64,000 nt of DNA from Cyanidioschyzon merolae (lineage: Eukaryota): NCBI GenBank assembly GCA_000091205.1, contig AP006500.2, one strand, 5' to 3'. The position numbers and the translations under genes are program-made. Below the pieces are notes generated by a model, which had not been told where the DNA came from, searched no databases, and saw nothing but the letters and a program-made list of their open reading frames with translations. Shown here in pieces: positions 32,846 through 42,224 of this stretch (positions within the stretch are counted from its first letter, which is position 1; each line of letters begins with the position of its first letter).

Positions 32846-34552
32846 GTGCCGCCTTACGGACGCCGGGGCCGGCGTGCGCGCTCGTTCGCCACCGACCGAC
32901 TCGCCGCCGCTTTGTTGAAACATAAAGAAACGCTGCCCGGGACGAGTGTCAGCGGTTGTGTTGCACGATCATCAGTGCTACTGAGACAGTTCGCATATTC
33001 CTCTAGTCTCGCAAGCAGTATGGCAGTCCACAAGGCGTCTGCTCCTGTTGATGCTTCCCTCGAGGAGAAGCTGCGTAACCAGGTCGAGTTTTACTTCTCG
33101 GACTCGAATCTGCCGCGTGACAAGTTCCTTCGCGCACGCGTTGATGCAGATCCCGAAGGCTACGTCGATCTACAGCTCATTGTAACGTTCAAACGAATGA
33201 AGCAGCTGAACGCTACTGCAGAAAAGGTAGCAGCTGCTCTTGCGGGCTCCGAACTCGTCGAAGTGAGTCCGGATGGCCAACGCGTTCGTCGGAAAAAGCC
33301 TCTACCGCTCGATGATACGAGCAAGGAGCGCTCCATCTACGTCAAGGGGTTCAAACCAGGGGAGTCGCCCGCCGCTGAACCACCCATAGAGGACGTGATG
33401 GCCGTTTTTGAACCTTTCGGTAAGGTGCTTTCAGTGCGTATGCGGCGCAGGAAAGTGCACCGGCGACCGGGGCCTGTACCTGCTTCCGGTGACGGGGTTT
33501 GCTCGCCGAACGGCGAATCGTCGACCGCAACCCGACCTGAGAACGAGAGGCCTACCGCCTCAGAAACCGATGAACAAGCCGCAAGGCCGACCACTGCAAC
33601 CTCCCAGACTGCGGGCGACACCGACGCTGAGCAGTGTCAGAAGCTACGAGCGGGTGCATCGTCGGAGCACGAACTCGACGCCGAACGTGCTCTTGAGCCG
33701 TCGGCTGGTGGCCAGTCCCAAGACCTGGTACTCCATGATCATGATCGCGATCAAACGACAGTGATTTTCAAAGGCAGTGTATTCGTGGAGTTTGACTCCG
33801 AGGACGCCGTCGCAAAGGCACTGCAACGTCATGCGGAGCATCCGTTGTTGGTTCCCGGCACGCAAACTCCCTTTACGATTGAGCGCAAAGATCTGTATCT
33901 GAAACGAAAGAATGCCGAGGCGAAAGAAGCACGACGAGCGCGAAAGCTGCAGCGTACAGGTGCGCAGACAAAGACGGATGCGCCGTCAACGAAACCAGCG
34001 ACGAAACGATCCTTGCAGCAGGTTGCAGGCGATACAGAGAGCCCGTCGAGACCAGAGGATGCTGCTTTCGACGATGCCACAAGCCCGGGAACTGCTAGTG
34101 ATCGCGACTCTGCTGCTGGTACAGATACCGATGACGGCACCGATGTCTCGGAGGAGTCAGAGGAAAACGCTTTCGAACCTGGTCTGATTCTACGCATTGA
34201 AGGTCTAGGTCCCGCGGTAGACCGGGATGATCTTCGGCAGGCATTCTCGAAATACGGACAAGTCGGTTGGATCGACCACACCCGAGGCAACGAGGTTGCA
34301 CATGTGCGTTTCCTGGAGCCCGGGGCAGCCGCACAAGCGGCCACCTCTGTGAAGCCATCGTCGGTACTGGGCGGCTCCGACGTGCGCATGCTGGTGCTGG
34401 AAGGCGCTGAAGAGCATGCCTACTGGGAACGGATCCGGGAAGCACAGAGAGCCATTCGAGAGACCGAGAAGCGTAAGCGCAAACGTGAAGAGAAACGTCG
34501 CCTATCGCGAAACAAACGTCGTAGGTTTCGGAAGAGATCGCTGGAAGCATGA
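32846..34552 (+). CDS. La protein (La motif plus RRM), Lhp1/SSB homolog
   Basis: The canonical La motif EEKLRNQVEFYFSDSNLPRDKFLRARVDADPEGYVDLQLIVTFKRMKQL is followed by an RRM-like region (SIYVKGF...VLSVRMRR) and a basic, KR-rich C-terminus. The probable start is nt 33020 (MAVHKASAP...). Confidence 0.85.
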   Translation: MPPYGRRGRRARSFATDRLAAALLKHKETLPGTSVSGCVARSSVLLRQFAYSSSLASSMAVHKASAPVDASLEEKLRNQVEFYFSDSNLPRDKFLRARVDADPEGYVDLQLIVTFKRMKQLNATAEKVAAALAGSELVEVSPDGQRVRRKKPLPLDDTSKERSIYVKGFKPGESPAAEPPIEDVMAVFEPFGKVLSVRMRRRKVHRRPGPVPASGDGVCSPNGESSTATRPENERPTASETDEQAARPTTATSQTAGDTDAEQCQKLRAGASSEHELDAERALEPSAGGQSQDLVLHDHDRDQTTVIFKGSVFVEFDSEDAVAKALQRHAEHPLLVPGTQTPFTIERKDLYLKRKNAEAKEARRARKLQRTGAQTKTDAPSTKPATKRSLQQVAGDTESPSRPEDAAFDDATSPGTASDRDSAAGTDTDDGTDVSEESEENAFEPGLILRIEGLGPAVDRDDLRQAFSKYGQVGWIDHTRGNEVAHVRFLEPGAAAQAATSVKPSSVLGGSDVRMLVLEGAEEHAYWERIREAQRAIRETEKRKRKREEKRRLSRNKRRRFRKRSLEA

Positions 34553-35223
34553 CGTGCCTTCGCGTACTGCACAACCGGCGCAACAGTGCCTAGAGCAGAC
34601 TTGTTACCGTTTATATTCGGTGTGATTCCGTTTCGTGGCGGGAGTCTGGATCAGCACTGAAACCTGGGAGGTGTTCCCAGGCGCTTCGAATGATGCTCGT
34701 CTCGTACGCATCTGAACGGTACGCGAACAGTGTGCGCCTCTTCTCGACGAGCAGCTGCCTTTTCGTCGTACAGCCATGATGCGTTTTGCGTAGCGCTTCA
34801 GCGGACTTTTCCTGTGAATGCCTGCGTAAAGTGTCCGCGAAGGATGCGGCAACGATCGACTTTATCGGGGTATGTCAGCGATGAAGGCCGCAGGTTCAAG
34901 GCTGGACGCAAGCCGGGGCCTCTGGTCAGGTCACCGGCAACCTGCCCGCTTGCCTGAGCGTCTAGTTCCGTGGATCCATCACGTAAACGCAGAAAGACGG
35001 GCAACCCTAAGGCAAGCCTTCTTTTCGGCAACGCTCGACACGTGCAGACCCCATGAGCTGCAAGTGGGTGACACAACCGCAGGTCACTGCGACAGCCAAA
35101 CACGGGTGACCAGGTGTCGCGTTCGCCTTGCGTGGTCCCTTTGGACTAGAATGCAGCGTGGAAAGTGCTCGCTTGCACCTATTGCTGCTCAACGGCTGGT
35201 GTTGCTGCACCTGCACCAACACC

Positions 35224-35243
35224 AGCTGCTGCTGCTGCTGCAC
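35224..35243. repeat. (CTG)5 microsatellite
   Basis: The sequence agctgctgctgctgctgcac is seen directly. Confidence 0.8.
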
Positions 35244-35373
35244 TTGTTGGTAGTCTAGGCGACGGACAGCAAGCCGGCGCTTCACGCGATAGCGTTGTTC
35301 ACGTCTTCTTCCAAGCAGAGGTCACTGGCTTTCAGGAAACACCAAAATCGGTCGTATCCGAAACATTTATGCT

Positions 35374-37368
35374 ATGCGAACGACTGAGCTTCCCGAGTCG
35401 GCGGAAAATGAGCCGTTGGAGTGGCTCGAAACCCTCATGTGCCGCACCCTGGGAGAAGCGTTTGCGCTCGCTCACGGGGAAAGTGACCAGGGCCGAGCGC
35501 ACGCTCTGAGCACCGTTCACCAAACGAGTGTGTGGGAGAGTCTTGTACCCATCGCTCTGAAACGCATCACTGACGGTGCTCAGCGCGTTGCCGCCAACGC
35601 CGAAGCCAACACTGGACTCGCCACTAGCAGCGGCAGCGGCAGCAGCAGGACGCTGGCAGCACTCGAGGCACTCTCCACGCTCAAACGACGGCAGCGCCAG
35701 CAGCATCAAGCACAGCACGCGCTGGAAAACGCGGTACAACGGCTATATCTGACGGACTCGTTTGCTAGTCTGGAGACACGGCTAGAGCAGCAAGTACGTG
35801 CGCTCTGCAGACGCCTCCGAGGACTGGACCTCTATACCGATGAGAACGGCGACGGAGTCGTGCTCACCCTAAGCAGTACCACCATGCTCATCGATATCGA
35901 CGCGAGGACCGCTCACACACGTGTACGATACGTCGACGAGCACGGCACCGAAGTAGACGACCCGTATGCGGAGCGAGACATTCGCGAATGTCTGCTTCGT
36001 GGCGACATGGACGGCCTTGCGAATCGGTTGCAGGTTCTCCTGGACTTGGAAGAACTCGCTTCCGAACCGAGTCTCCGGGCGACAATGCACCCACGCACTT
36101 GTCTGATGACATGGAATGATGCACTGGTTGCTAAAACGGCGGATGCTGCAACGCTCTCGCTGAAGGCTTGCGCGCAGTGCAACGTACCGTTGGCCTCTGT
36201 GCGACGCACAGACGGTTTATCGCTAATCTTTGACGTGAAACCGTTGGCGCTTTTCGTTCCGGAATGGCAGAATGCGACGCTGGAGCAGGTGTCATCCACG
36301 TCCGTGGTTCGCAAAGCGCACCTGCGCTTCGAGCCTGTCGTCGTTTCCGTCGATGGTACCGTCACAACGTGTGTACGACCGGTGCTCCTGCTGGAAACGC
36401 CACTGCTGATCACCACATCGATCTGGAGAAGGTGCCATTGCCCTGCGGACGACGGTACACAGAGGGCAAGTGTTGCACCAGCGCCGTTGCAGACGTCGGG
36501 TTGCGGGGTACGGCGCGTATCGCTCTGGCAACTCCTGCTACAACGAAACGAACACCACCGACTTGCTCGGCAGCATGCATCCGACGAGCAGAATGGCCCA
36601 CGAGCAGCAAGGCCTGAAGCCGTCGCTTTTGAGGCTGTGCCTCCTAGTCCAGCGCGATTACCTGCTGCGTCTGGAGCGACACCCACATCGCCACATGGTG
36701 TGCAGTTCGCCTTCGATGAGAGCGAACCCGCGCTTTGGATCCATCGCATACCGCTTGCGGAGGTTGATGACGTCCTGCGGATAGCGCCGCTTCTACGCCA
36801 GCAATGGGTTCTTCTGGATTTAATGGAGAGCCTTCTGCCGTCTTGTGTAGCGTCGATATCGGACAGGCTCAGGGAGGGAGCGCCCTGTCCAGCTTGGCCT
36901 ATGGGATTGCCGGCGAGTGCAGCTACTGCAGCTGCTGCCCCTGCAGTGCGCTCAATGGTAGACGAACGCTGGGCCGATTCCGAGGCATCCTCCGTTCAGA
37001 CAAGGACGCACGATATCCCTTGGAATGGTCGGTGGCGTGCGCGGCAAGAGCACCGGGATGACCGTGCGGTTCTCATCCTGGATGCGGAGCGATGCCCGAG
37101 TGCAGCCTCTTCGGTGTCGTTGTTCCAAGCGGCATGCGAGGCTACCAGTCCAGGCGCTGAACATGCGGATGTTGGCGTGACGTCGCCCTCACCAGCACCG
37201 AGGCGGCTTGAGATTGTTGTTTGCGCTGACGGAGGTCTGCGCGTATTCCAGAACGGTGAAGATGATCCACGCTTAAGCAAACTGGTACAGACTTCGCGCA
37301 ATATTCCGTTATCGATAGCCGTTGCCACCACAGGCGCTGCAATTCGCGCGAATCGGATAGTTTCCTGA
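35374..37368 (+). CDS. Hypothetical protein (664 aa), no recognisable domain
   Basis: This long ORF has protein-like composition over most of its length and runs co-directionally in the gap between the La gene and the satellite region. I recognise no motif. Confidence 0.4.
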   Translation: MRTTELPESAENEPLEWLETLMCRTLGEAFALAHGESDQGRAHALSTVHQTSVWESLVPIALKRITDGAQRVAANAEANTGLATSSGSGSSRTLAALEALSTLKRRQRQQHQAQHALENAVQRLYLTDSFASLETRLEQQVRALCRRLRGLDLYTDENGDGVVLTLSSTTMLIDIDARTAHTRVRYVDEHGTEVDDPYAERDIRECLLRGDMDGLANRLQVLLDLEELASEPSLRATMHPRTCLMTWNDALVAKTADAATLSLKACAQCNVPLASVRRTDGLSLIFDVKPLALFVPEWQNATLEQVSSTSVVRKAHLRFEPVVVSVDGTVTTCVRPVLLLETPLLITTSIWRRCHCPADDGTQRASVAPAPLQTSGCGVRRVSLWQLLLQRNEHHRLARQHASDEQNGPRAARPEAVAFEAVPPSPARLPAASGATPTSPHGVQFAFDESEPALWIHRIPLAEVDDVLRIAPLLRQQWVLLDLMESLLPSCVASISDRLREGAPCPAWPMGLPASAATAAAAPAVRSMVDERWADSEASSVQTRTHDIPWNGRWRARQEHRDDRAVLILDAERCPSAASSVSLFQAACEATSPGAEHADVGVTSPSPAPRRLEIVVCADGGLRVFQNGEDDPRLSKLVQTSRNIPLSIAVATTGAAIRANRIVS

Positions 37369-37774
37369 CAAGCTAGCGGGAGTGCTCTGTGTCTACGTGT
37401 CCCTGGGACTTGGTCGTCGTAACGCCTCGCTGGTGTCGACGGAGCGTTCATCATATCGAGGCTGGAAACGTATACAGCAGCGTCTGTGGAGCGCGTTGGG
37501 AGCCGGAGGCCTCCATCCTGAACCGATACCAGGGTGCTTGGGAATGAGCATGATGCCTCGTTTCCATAAATCGTATGGAGCTTACGAGGAATGATTAGAG
37601 CACGAGCGGCGATTCTGTTTCATGGGAAATGCCGTAGATCTCCCTGGCGTTGCTCCAGCGATAATGGTTGTGCCTGCACGTTTGCGACGAGTCTGCTGTA
37701 GGTGCGGTTTATCTCCATCATGACCGGAACGGTACCGGCTCCACGATGGAGCGTCTCTTCGACTGCGTTAGGAG

Positions 37775-37777
<3 letters not shown>

Positions 37778-37837
<60 letters not shown>

Positions 37838-37853
37838 ACTTCGCTTCCCAGCC
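37778..37853. repeat. (GTC)25 trinucleotide microsatellite
   Basis: There are 25 uninterrupted cgt/gtc units immediately 3' of the 664-aa ORF. The poly-Arg ORF at 37668..38054 is a repeat artefact. Confidence 0.95.
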
Positions 37854-37999
37854 CTAGTCCATGATACTCAGAGCAGGTCATTCTGGAGTACCTGTACCAG
37901 CGCGCGCTTCTGGCTCAAAATAAGACGATTTCAGTGCTGCTGTCGTTCGCGGAGCGGGACCCCAGCCCCATTGACGTATGTTCGCGGGGAAGTTCATCT

Positions 38000-38826
38000 G
38001 GATGCTTGCGAGCTTTGCTCAACGTGCACATGTCGCATTTCCTCAATGTCTTGATGCGGTTCCGCGTGGGGCAACCCGCCTTGCCATGTGATGCTTGAGC
38101 GCTTCCAGAAACGTGGCACTCAACGTGCACATGTCGCATTTCCTCCACGTCTTGGTGCGGTTCCGCATGGGGCAACCCGCCTTGCCATGTGATGCTTGAG
38201 CGCTTCCAGAAACGTAGCACTCAACGTGCACATGTCGCGTTTCCTCCACGTCTTGGTGCGGTTCCGCGTGGGGCAACACGCCTTGCCATGTGATGCTTGA
38301 GCGCTTCCAGAAACGTGGCACTCAACGTGCACATGTCGCATTTCCTCCACGTCTTGGTGCGGTTCCGCATGGGGCAACCCGCCTTGCCATGTGATGCTTG
38401 AGCGCTTCCAGAAACGTAGCACTCAACGTGCACTTGTCGCATTTCCTCCACGTCTTGGTGCGGTTCCGCATGGGGCAACCCGCCTTGCCATGTGATGCTT
38501 GAGCGCTTCCAGAAACGTAGCACTCAACGTGCACATGTCGCGTTTCCTCCACGTCTTGGTGCGGTTCCGCGTGGGGCAACCCGCCTTGCCATGTGATGCT
38601 TGAGCGCTTCCAGAAACGTAGCACTCAACGTGCACATGTCGCGTTTCCTCAATGTCTTGGTGCGGTTCCGCGTGGGGCAACACGCCTTGCCATGTGATGC
38701 TTGAGCGCTTCCAGAAACGTGGCACTCAACGTGCACATGTCGCATTTCCTCAATGTCTTGGTGCGGTTCCGCATGGGGCAACCCGCCTTGCCATGTGATG
38801 CTTGAGCGCTTCCAGAAACGTGGCAA
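38000..38826. repeat. Minisatellite with a 101-bp unit and about 8 copies (unit gcttccagaaacgt[a/g]gcactcaacgtgcacatgtcgc[a/g]tttcctc[c/a]a[c/t]gtcttggtgcggttccgc[a/g]tggggcaacccgccttgccatgtgatgcttgagc)
   Basis: The anchor cttccagaaacgt recurs at 38103, 38204, 38305, 38406, 38507, 38608, 38709 and 38810. The 101-bp unit is not a multiple of 3, and the staggered 100-aa minus-strand ORFs, each spanning three units, are artefacts. Confidence 0.95.
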
Positions 38827-39389
38827 CTTGCGAGCGATGAAAGCGACCTCGGGCCGGAAACGTTGCACCCCGTCTCCTCGGCGCGTGAACGCTTCTCGGT
38901 ATCGCGTCCTGAGTGCTGTTGCCTGTGACTTTTGTCCTTGCAGGATCAGCGATCAACGATTTCGCTGTCTGGTACGCGTGCAACCCATGATGCATAAGGG
39001 CGCTGGCTGCGTCCGCCAGGGACTGTACAACGCCAAACCAACCGCTTAATGCATCGTAGTTCCGTTACCGCAGGAACATCAGGACCCGTTCGAGCGAGCT
39101 AGGCTCTGTGGTACGGCAGCGGTACGAAAAGCACCAGCGTATAGCGTTGTGTGTCGGAGCAGAGCCTGATTTTCTAGCGCGCTTACCCGTACACACTGCC
39201 GAGCGACCAAGCGAAAGAGCCGCTTGATGCTTTGGACTGCAGGTACGCGTATTTTATGGTGAGTCATACCGTCGAGCGGACCAGAGACCTCGTCTGCTCG
39301 GATTTGCAGTGCGTTGTCCAGTTTGTTACGCTGCCACACACCAGAACCGGCACGTCTACCAGGAGGATGCTCCTGCCGGCTCTACAACC

Positions 39390-41708
39390 TCAGATACGCT
39401 CACTGGTCGACTGGACGGCCGCTTCGCAGACACTCGTCATCTCTTCCTCTGCTTGATAGAAGCTGTGGCGATCATGTGCACGTTCCTGATCCGGGATACC
39501 CAGAGAAACGGGTCGACGGAAGCGCAGGCGAACGAGCCACTGCGCTGTCGAGGACGTCGTCGCACTCACCGGACGCTCGAGTTGCACGACAACTTTGCCC
39601 CGCTGGCCAAACGTCCGGACGATGCGCCCCGAGACGCATGCTCGAACTGCTTGCCGACGATATGTATCCGCTGGGCATCCAGGCGGCTGCGCTGTGCTGT
39701 CGGTAAGCAACTCCAGCCGCACTCGTAGGCCCAGAATGCGCTCTGGGTGCTGCAAGTCGCGATCGAAGAGGTCTCGTACCAGGCAGCAGGCTCCGTCCTG
39801 GAGAAAGCGCTCTACGCGACCTATCCGTTCTTTGCGTCGGTATACACGGATCTGTCGAGCGACGGATGCGAGCCGCTCGCTTCCAGCGTCCAAGTGCGTC
39901 GTTGTCGGCATTTGCGTCGATAAAACCGCCTCTATAGCCAGAACAAAGCGTAGTCGCAAGTCGGGAGATTCGCCGTCTGGGCCGGCGCGGCGCTCCAGTC
40001 TCGCTTTTCTAGCCGCCGTTGCAGCCTCCCAGTGAGCATCTGATAAAAGCGCGACTTGAAAAGGCGTCAATGGTACTGGTCGCCTGGCGTCCGCCGCACC
40101 CCTCCCTAATTCAAATGGCAAGAAAATGCACCTCTCGAGACGCAGCACCACGAAACGCGTACGTTCTGCGGAGCACGTCGCTGTGCTAGCGTCTGCCTCC
40201 GTGGCACTCGCCAGGCATTCGTATTCACCGGCGGCATCTGCAGCTGCGAGCCAGTGCGTCACCCGGCCGGGAACAGTGGTCAACGCTAGGGTCAACTGCC
40301 ACTGGCGTGAGAGCGACGGTACCTGCCCTGGTGCAGGGTGATGCTCGGCACATGTCGCGATGGAGAACGCGTCTCCTCGCGCTGCCCCTGGATGAGTCAT
40401 GTCGAGTACCCGCTGCACTCGCATCAACAGCTTCTCGACCGGGTAAAACTCGATCAGGTTTGCCGGCGCATACACAAGACCTCGCTCCCAGGCGTCTCGC
40501 GGTGCACGCTGCCTGTGACTGGCAGTTTTGTTGCCACTGGCTTGTTTGCTCTTTTGAGCAAGGCTGCCAGATTTGGTACCAGGTGTGAGACCTAGAGCAG
40601 CCCGGTCGCCGGCAACAATTTCTGAGACCGATGATCGATAGACCTGAATAGAGCGGACGCTACGAGCATCCGCAATAAGGCGTTTCTTGGTGCCCTCGCT
40701 CCTGCTCTTGGTGCTGGCGACGCCCGCGCCCACAAACGCAGCGTGAATGACCTCCCCGATGCGTAGTCGTCCTGTCAGGAGAATACCCGTGAGCACAGTG
40801 CCCTGTCCGGTAACCTCAAAAGCGTGATCCACTGCGAATAGCGCATAGGGTTTCCGCTGGAGCCGGAGGCGCTCCTGCCATAGTCCACTGGCGAGCGCCT
40901 GCTCGGCTGCTGCCTGCACAGCCTGTGCTAGGGCCACAACGCCCCCGATATCGTCGTTATCAGCAGCGGGGAACAAAATGGAATGTTGGTGTTGTTGGTG
41001 TCTTTCGAATGCGGTTCTCCGAGCATCGGTTCCGATCCAGGTAGGAATCGTTGCCAGCGGTGTCGGGAGCCACCACCGGTTCGTGGACACATAGGCCTGC
41101 AACTGTTGGAGACGCTCCTCCAGGACTGCGGGCTGGTCTCGCACCCGATCACATTTGTGGAGCGCAACCACGACGTGTTTGGTGAAAATCGCAGCGAGGG
41201 CAAGACATTCGAGGGTTTGTGCTTGGATACCTGCACTGGCATCGACGACAAGCAGCAGGAGGTCCATGACGCTCGCCCCCAGTAGCACCGTTCGTAGCAG
41301 CGATGCATGTCCGGGGCAGTCAATCCAGGTCAGTTGGAGTCCCTCGTACGAAACATTCTCCAAAGACGCTGCTTCATCGTCCACAAGTTGCACCACAACT
41401 GGGCTCGCTGGCAGTCGGGTACACGAGAACCCCAGGTCGATCGTTCGACCGAGCTCCCGACTCGCGGGGTGCTTATCCAGTGCCGCTGTCGACAGTATCT
41501 CGCTTAGGAAGCGCACCAGCGTGGTTTTTCCGACGTCAACATGTCCCATGACGGCCACGTTGATGTTGAGGAAGCGACGCGTTTGCACTAGAGGTTGCCG
41601 AGCGAGCGACTCGTACCCTGGCCGTGTCGAGCGACCAACTCCAGGCATATTTTGGAGTACGACGGAGAACGAGCCTTCAACAGGTGACAGTGTCTCTCTG
41701 GTGTTCAA
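39390..41708 (-). CDS. EEFSEC: Selenocysteine-specific translation elongation factor (eEFSec/SelB-type GTPase)
   Basis: NINVAVMGHVDVGKTTL, STAALDKHPASRELGRTIDLGFSC and DCPGHASLLRTVLLGASVMDLLLLVVDASAGIQAQTLECL align closely with human eEFSec (NVNVGVLGHIDSGKTAL, STAAFDKQPQSRERGITLDLGFSC, DCPGHASLIRTIIGGAQIIDLMMLVIDVTKGMQTQSAECL). The C-terminal RIVRTFGQRGKVVVQL resembles GIIDSAFGQSGKFKIHI. Confidence 0.85.
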   Translation of the reverse strand: MNTRETLSPVEGSFSVVLQNMPGVGRSTRPGYESLARQPLVQTRRFLNINVAVMGHVDVGKTTLVRFLSEILSTAALDKHPASRELGRTIDLGFSCTRLPASPVVVQLVDDEAASLENVSYEGLQLTWIDCPGHASLLRTVLLGASVMDLLLLVVDASAGIQAQTLECLALAAIFTKHVVVALHKCDRVRDQPAVLEERLQQLQAYVSTNRWWLPTPLATIPTWIGTDARRTAFERHQQHQHSILFPAADNDDIGGVVALAQAVQAAAEQALASGLWQERLRLQRKPYALFAVDHAFEVTGQGTVLTGILLTGRLRIGEVIHAAFVGAGVASTKSRSEGTKKRLIADARSVRSIQVYRSSVSEIVAGDRAALGLTPGTKSGSLAQKSKQASGNKTASHRQRAPRDAWERGLVYAPANLIEFYPVEKLLMRVQRVLDMTHPGAARGDAFSIATCAEHHPAPGQVPSLSRQWQLTLALTTVPGRVTHWLAAADAAGEYECLASATEADASTATCSAERTRFVVLRLERCIFLPFELGRGAADARRPVPLTPFQVALLSDAHWEAATAARKARLERRAGPDGESPDLRLRFVLAIEAVLSTQMPTTTHLDAGSERLASVARQIRVYRRKERIGRVERFLQDGACCLVRDLFDRDLQHPERILGLRVRLELLTDSTAQPPGCPADTYRRQAVRACVSGRIVRTFGQRGKVVVQLERPVSATTSSTAQWLVRLRFRRPVSLGIPDQERAHDRHSFYQAEEEMTSVCEAAVQSTSERI

Positions 41709-42224
41709 AGAAAACCACAGAGGCTACAGACATGGATCGCTAGGTCAGCAGCAAGTCCAGTTTTCTGCTCTTGTACAGAAGCTCCCGCCCTGTTCCAGCG
41801 ATCGTCGTAAACAGAGACCCCACTTGTTTCGTTTATCTACAGTTGAAACGACTTTTTACGAAGCTCTCTTCCTCGAGCGTAGAGGCGCTCAGGCACCAGG
41901 CTCGCCCCAGTGTGCTCCGCGAGTTGTCCAACAACAAACCCCTGTGGACAACCGTCCGTCTACTTTTACCTGACTCGAGTCGAGTCCCGCAGACATACGC
42001 GAGAGTGTCTAGTGAACGCTTCACAGAACGCAAACGCCGTAAAAACGAGCCCGACGCATCGCCTGGATACGTCGTTCACAGGAGCGCTAAGCGCTCCAAG
42101 AAGCAGTCGGTTTCTTTTCAGCTGGTGCGGGATCGTTCACTCACGGACCAGGAGGCCCCAAAAGTGCGACTTGTGACGACGTCTGGCAGAACGTCTGCAA
42201 TACTGGTCACAACGCACGTCGGTT

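Noticed and set aside
37668-38054. ORF encoding a 30-residue poly-arginine tract
   Set aside because: It is produced by the (GTC)25/(CGT)25 microsatellite. The other frames give poly-Ser or poly-Val, so there is no evidence of coding.
37915-38868. Series of staggered 100-aa minus-strand ORFs (MLRFWKRSSITWQGGLPHAEPH...)
   Set aside because: They are generated by a 101-bp tandem repeat, and each ORF spans three units in three frames. They are repeat artefacts, not a protein family.
41155-41973. 272-aa plus-strand ORF overlapping the eEFSec gene start
   Set aside because: It overlaps the 5' end of a well-supported minus-strand gene and has no homology. Only its 3' part (41771..42481 frame) might contribute an upstream exon to the metallophosphoesterase.
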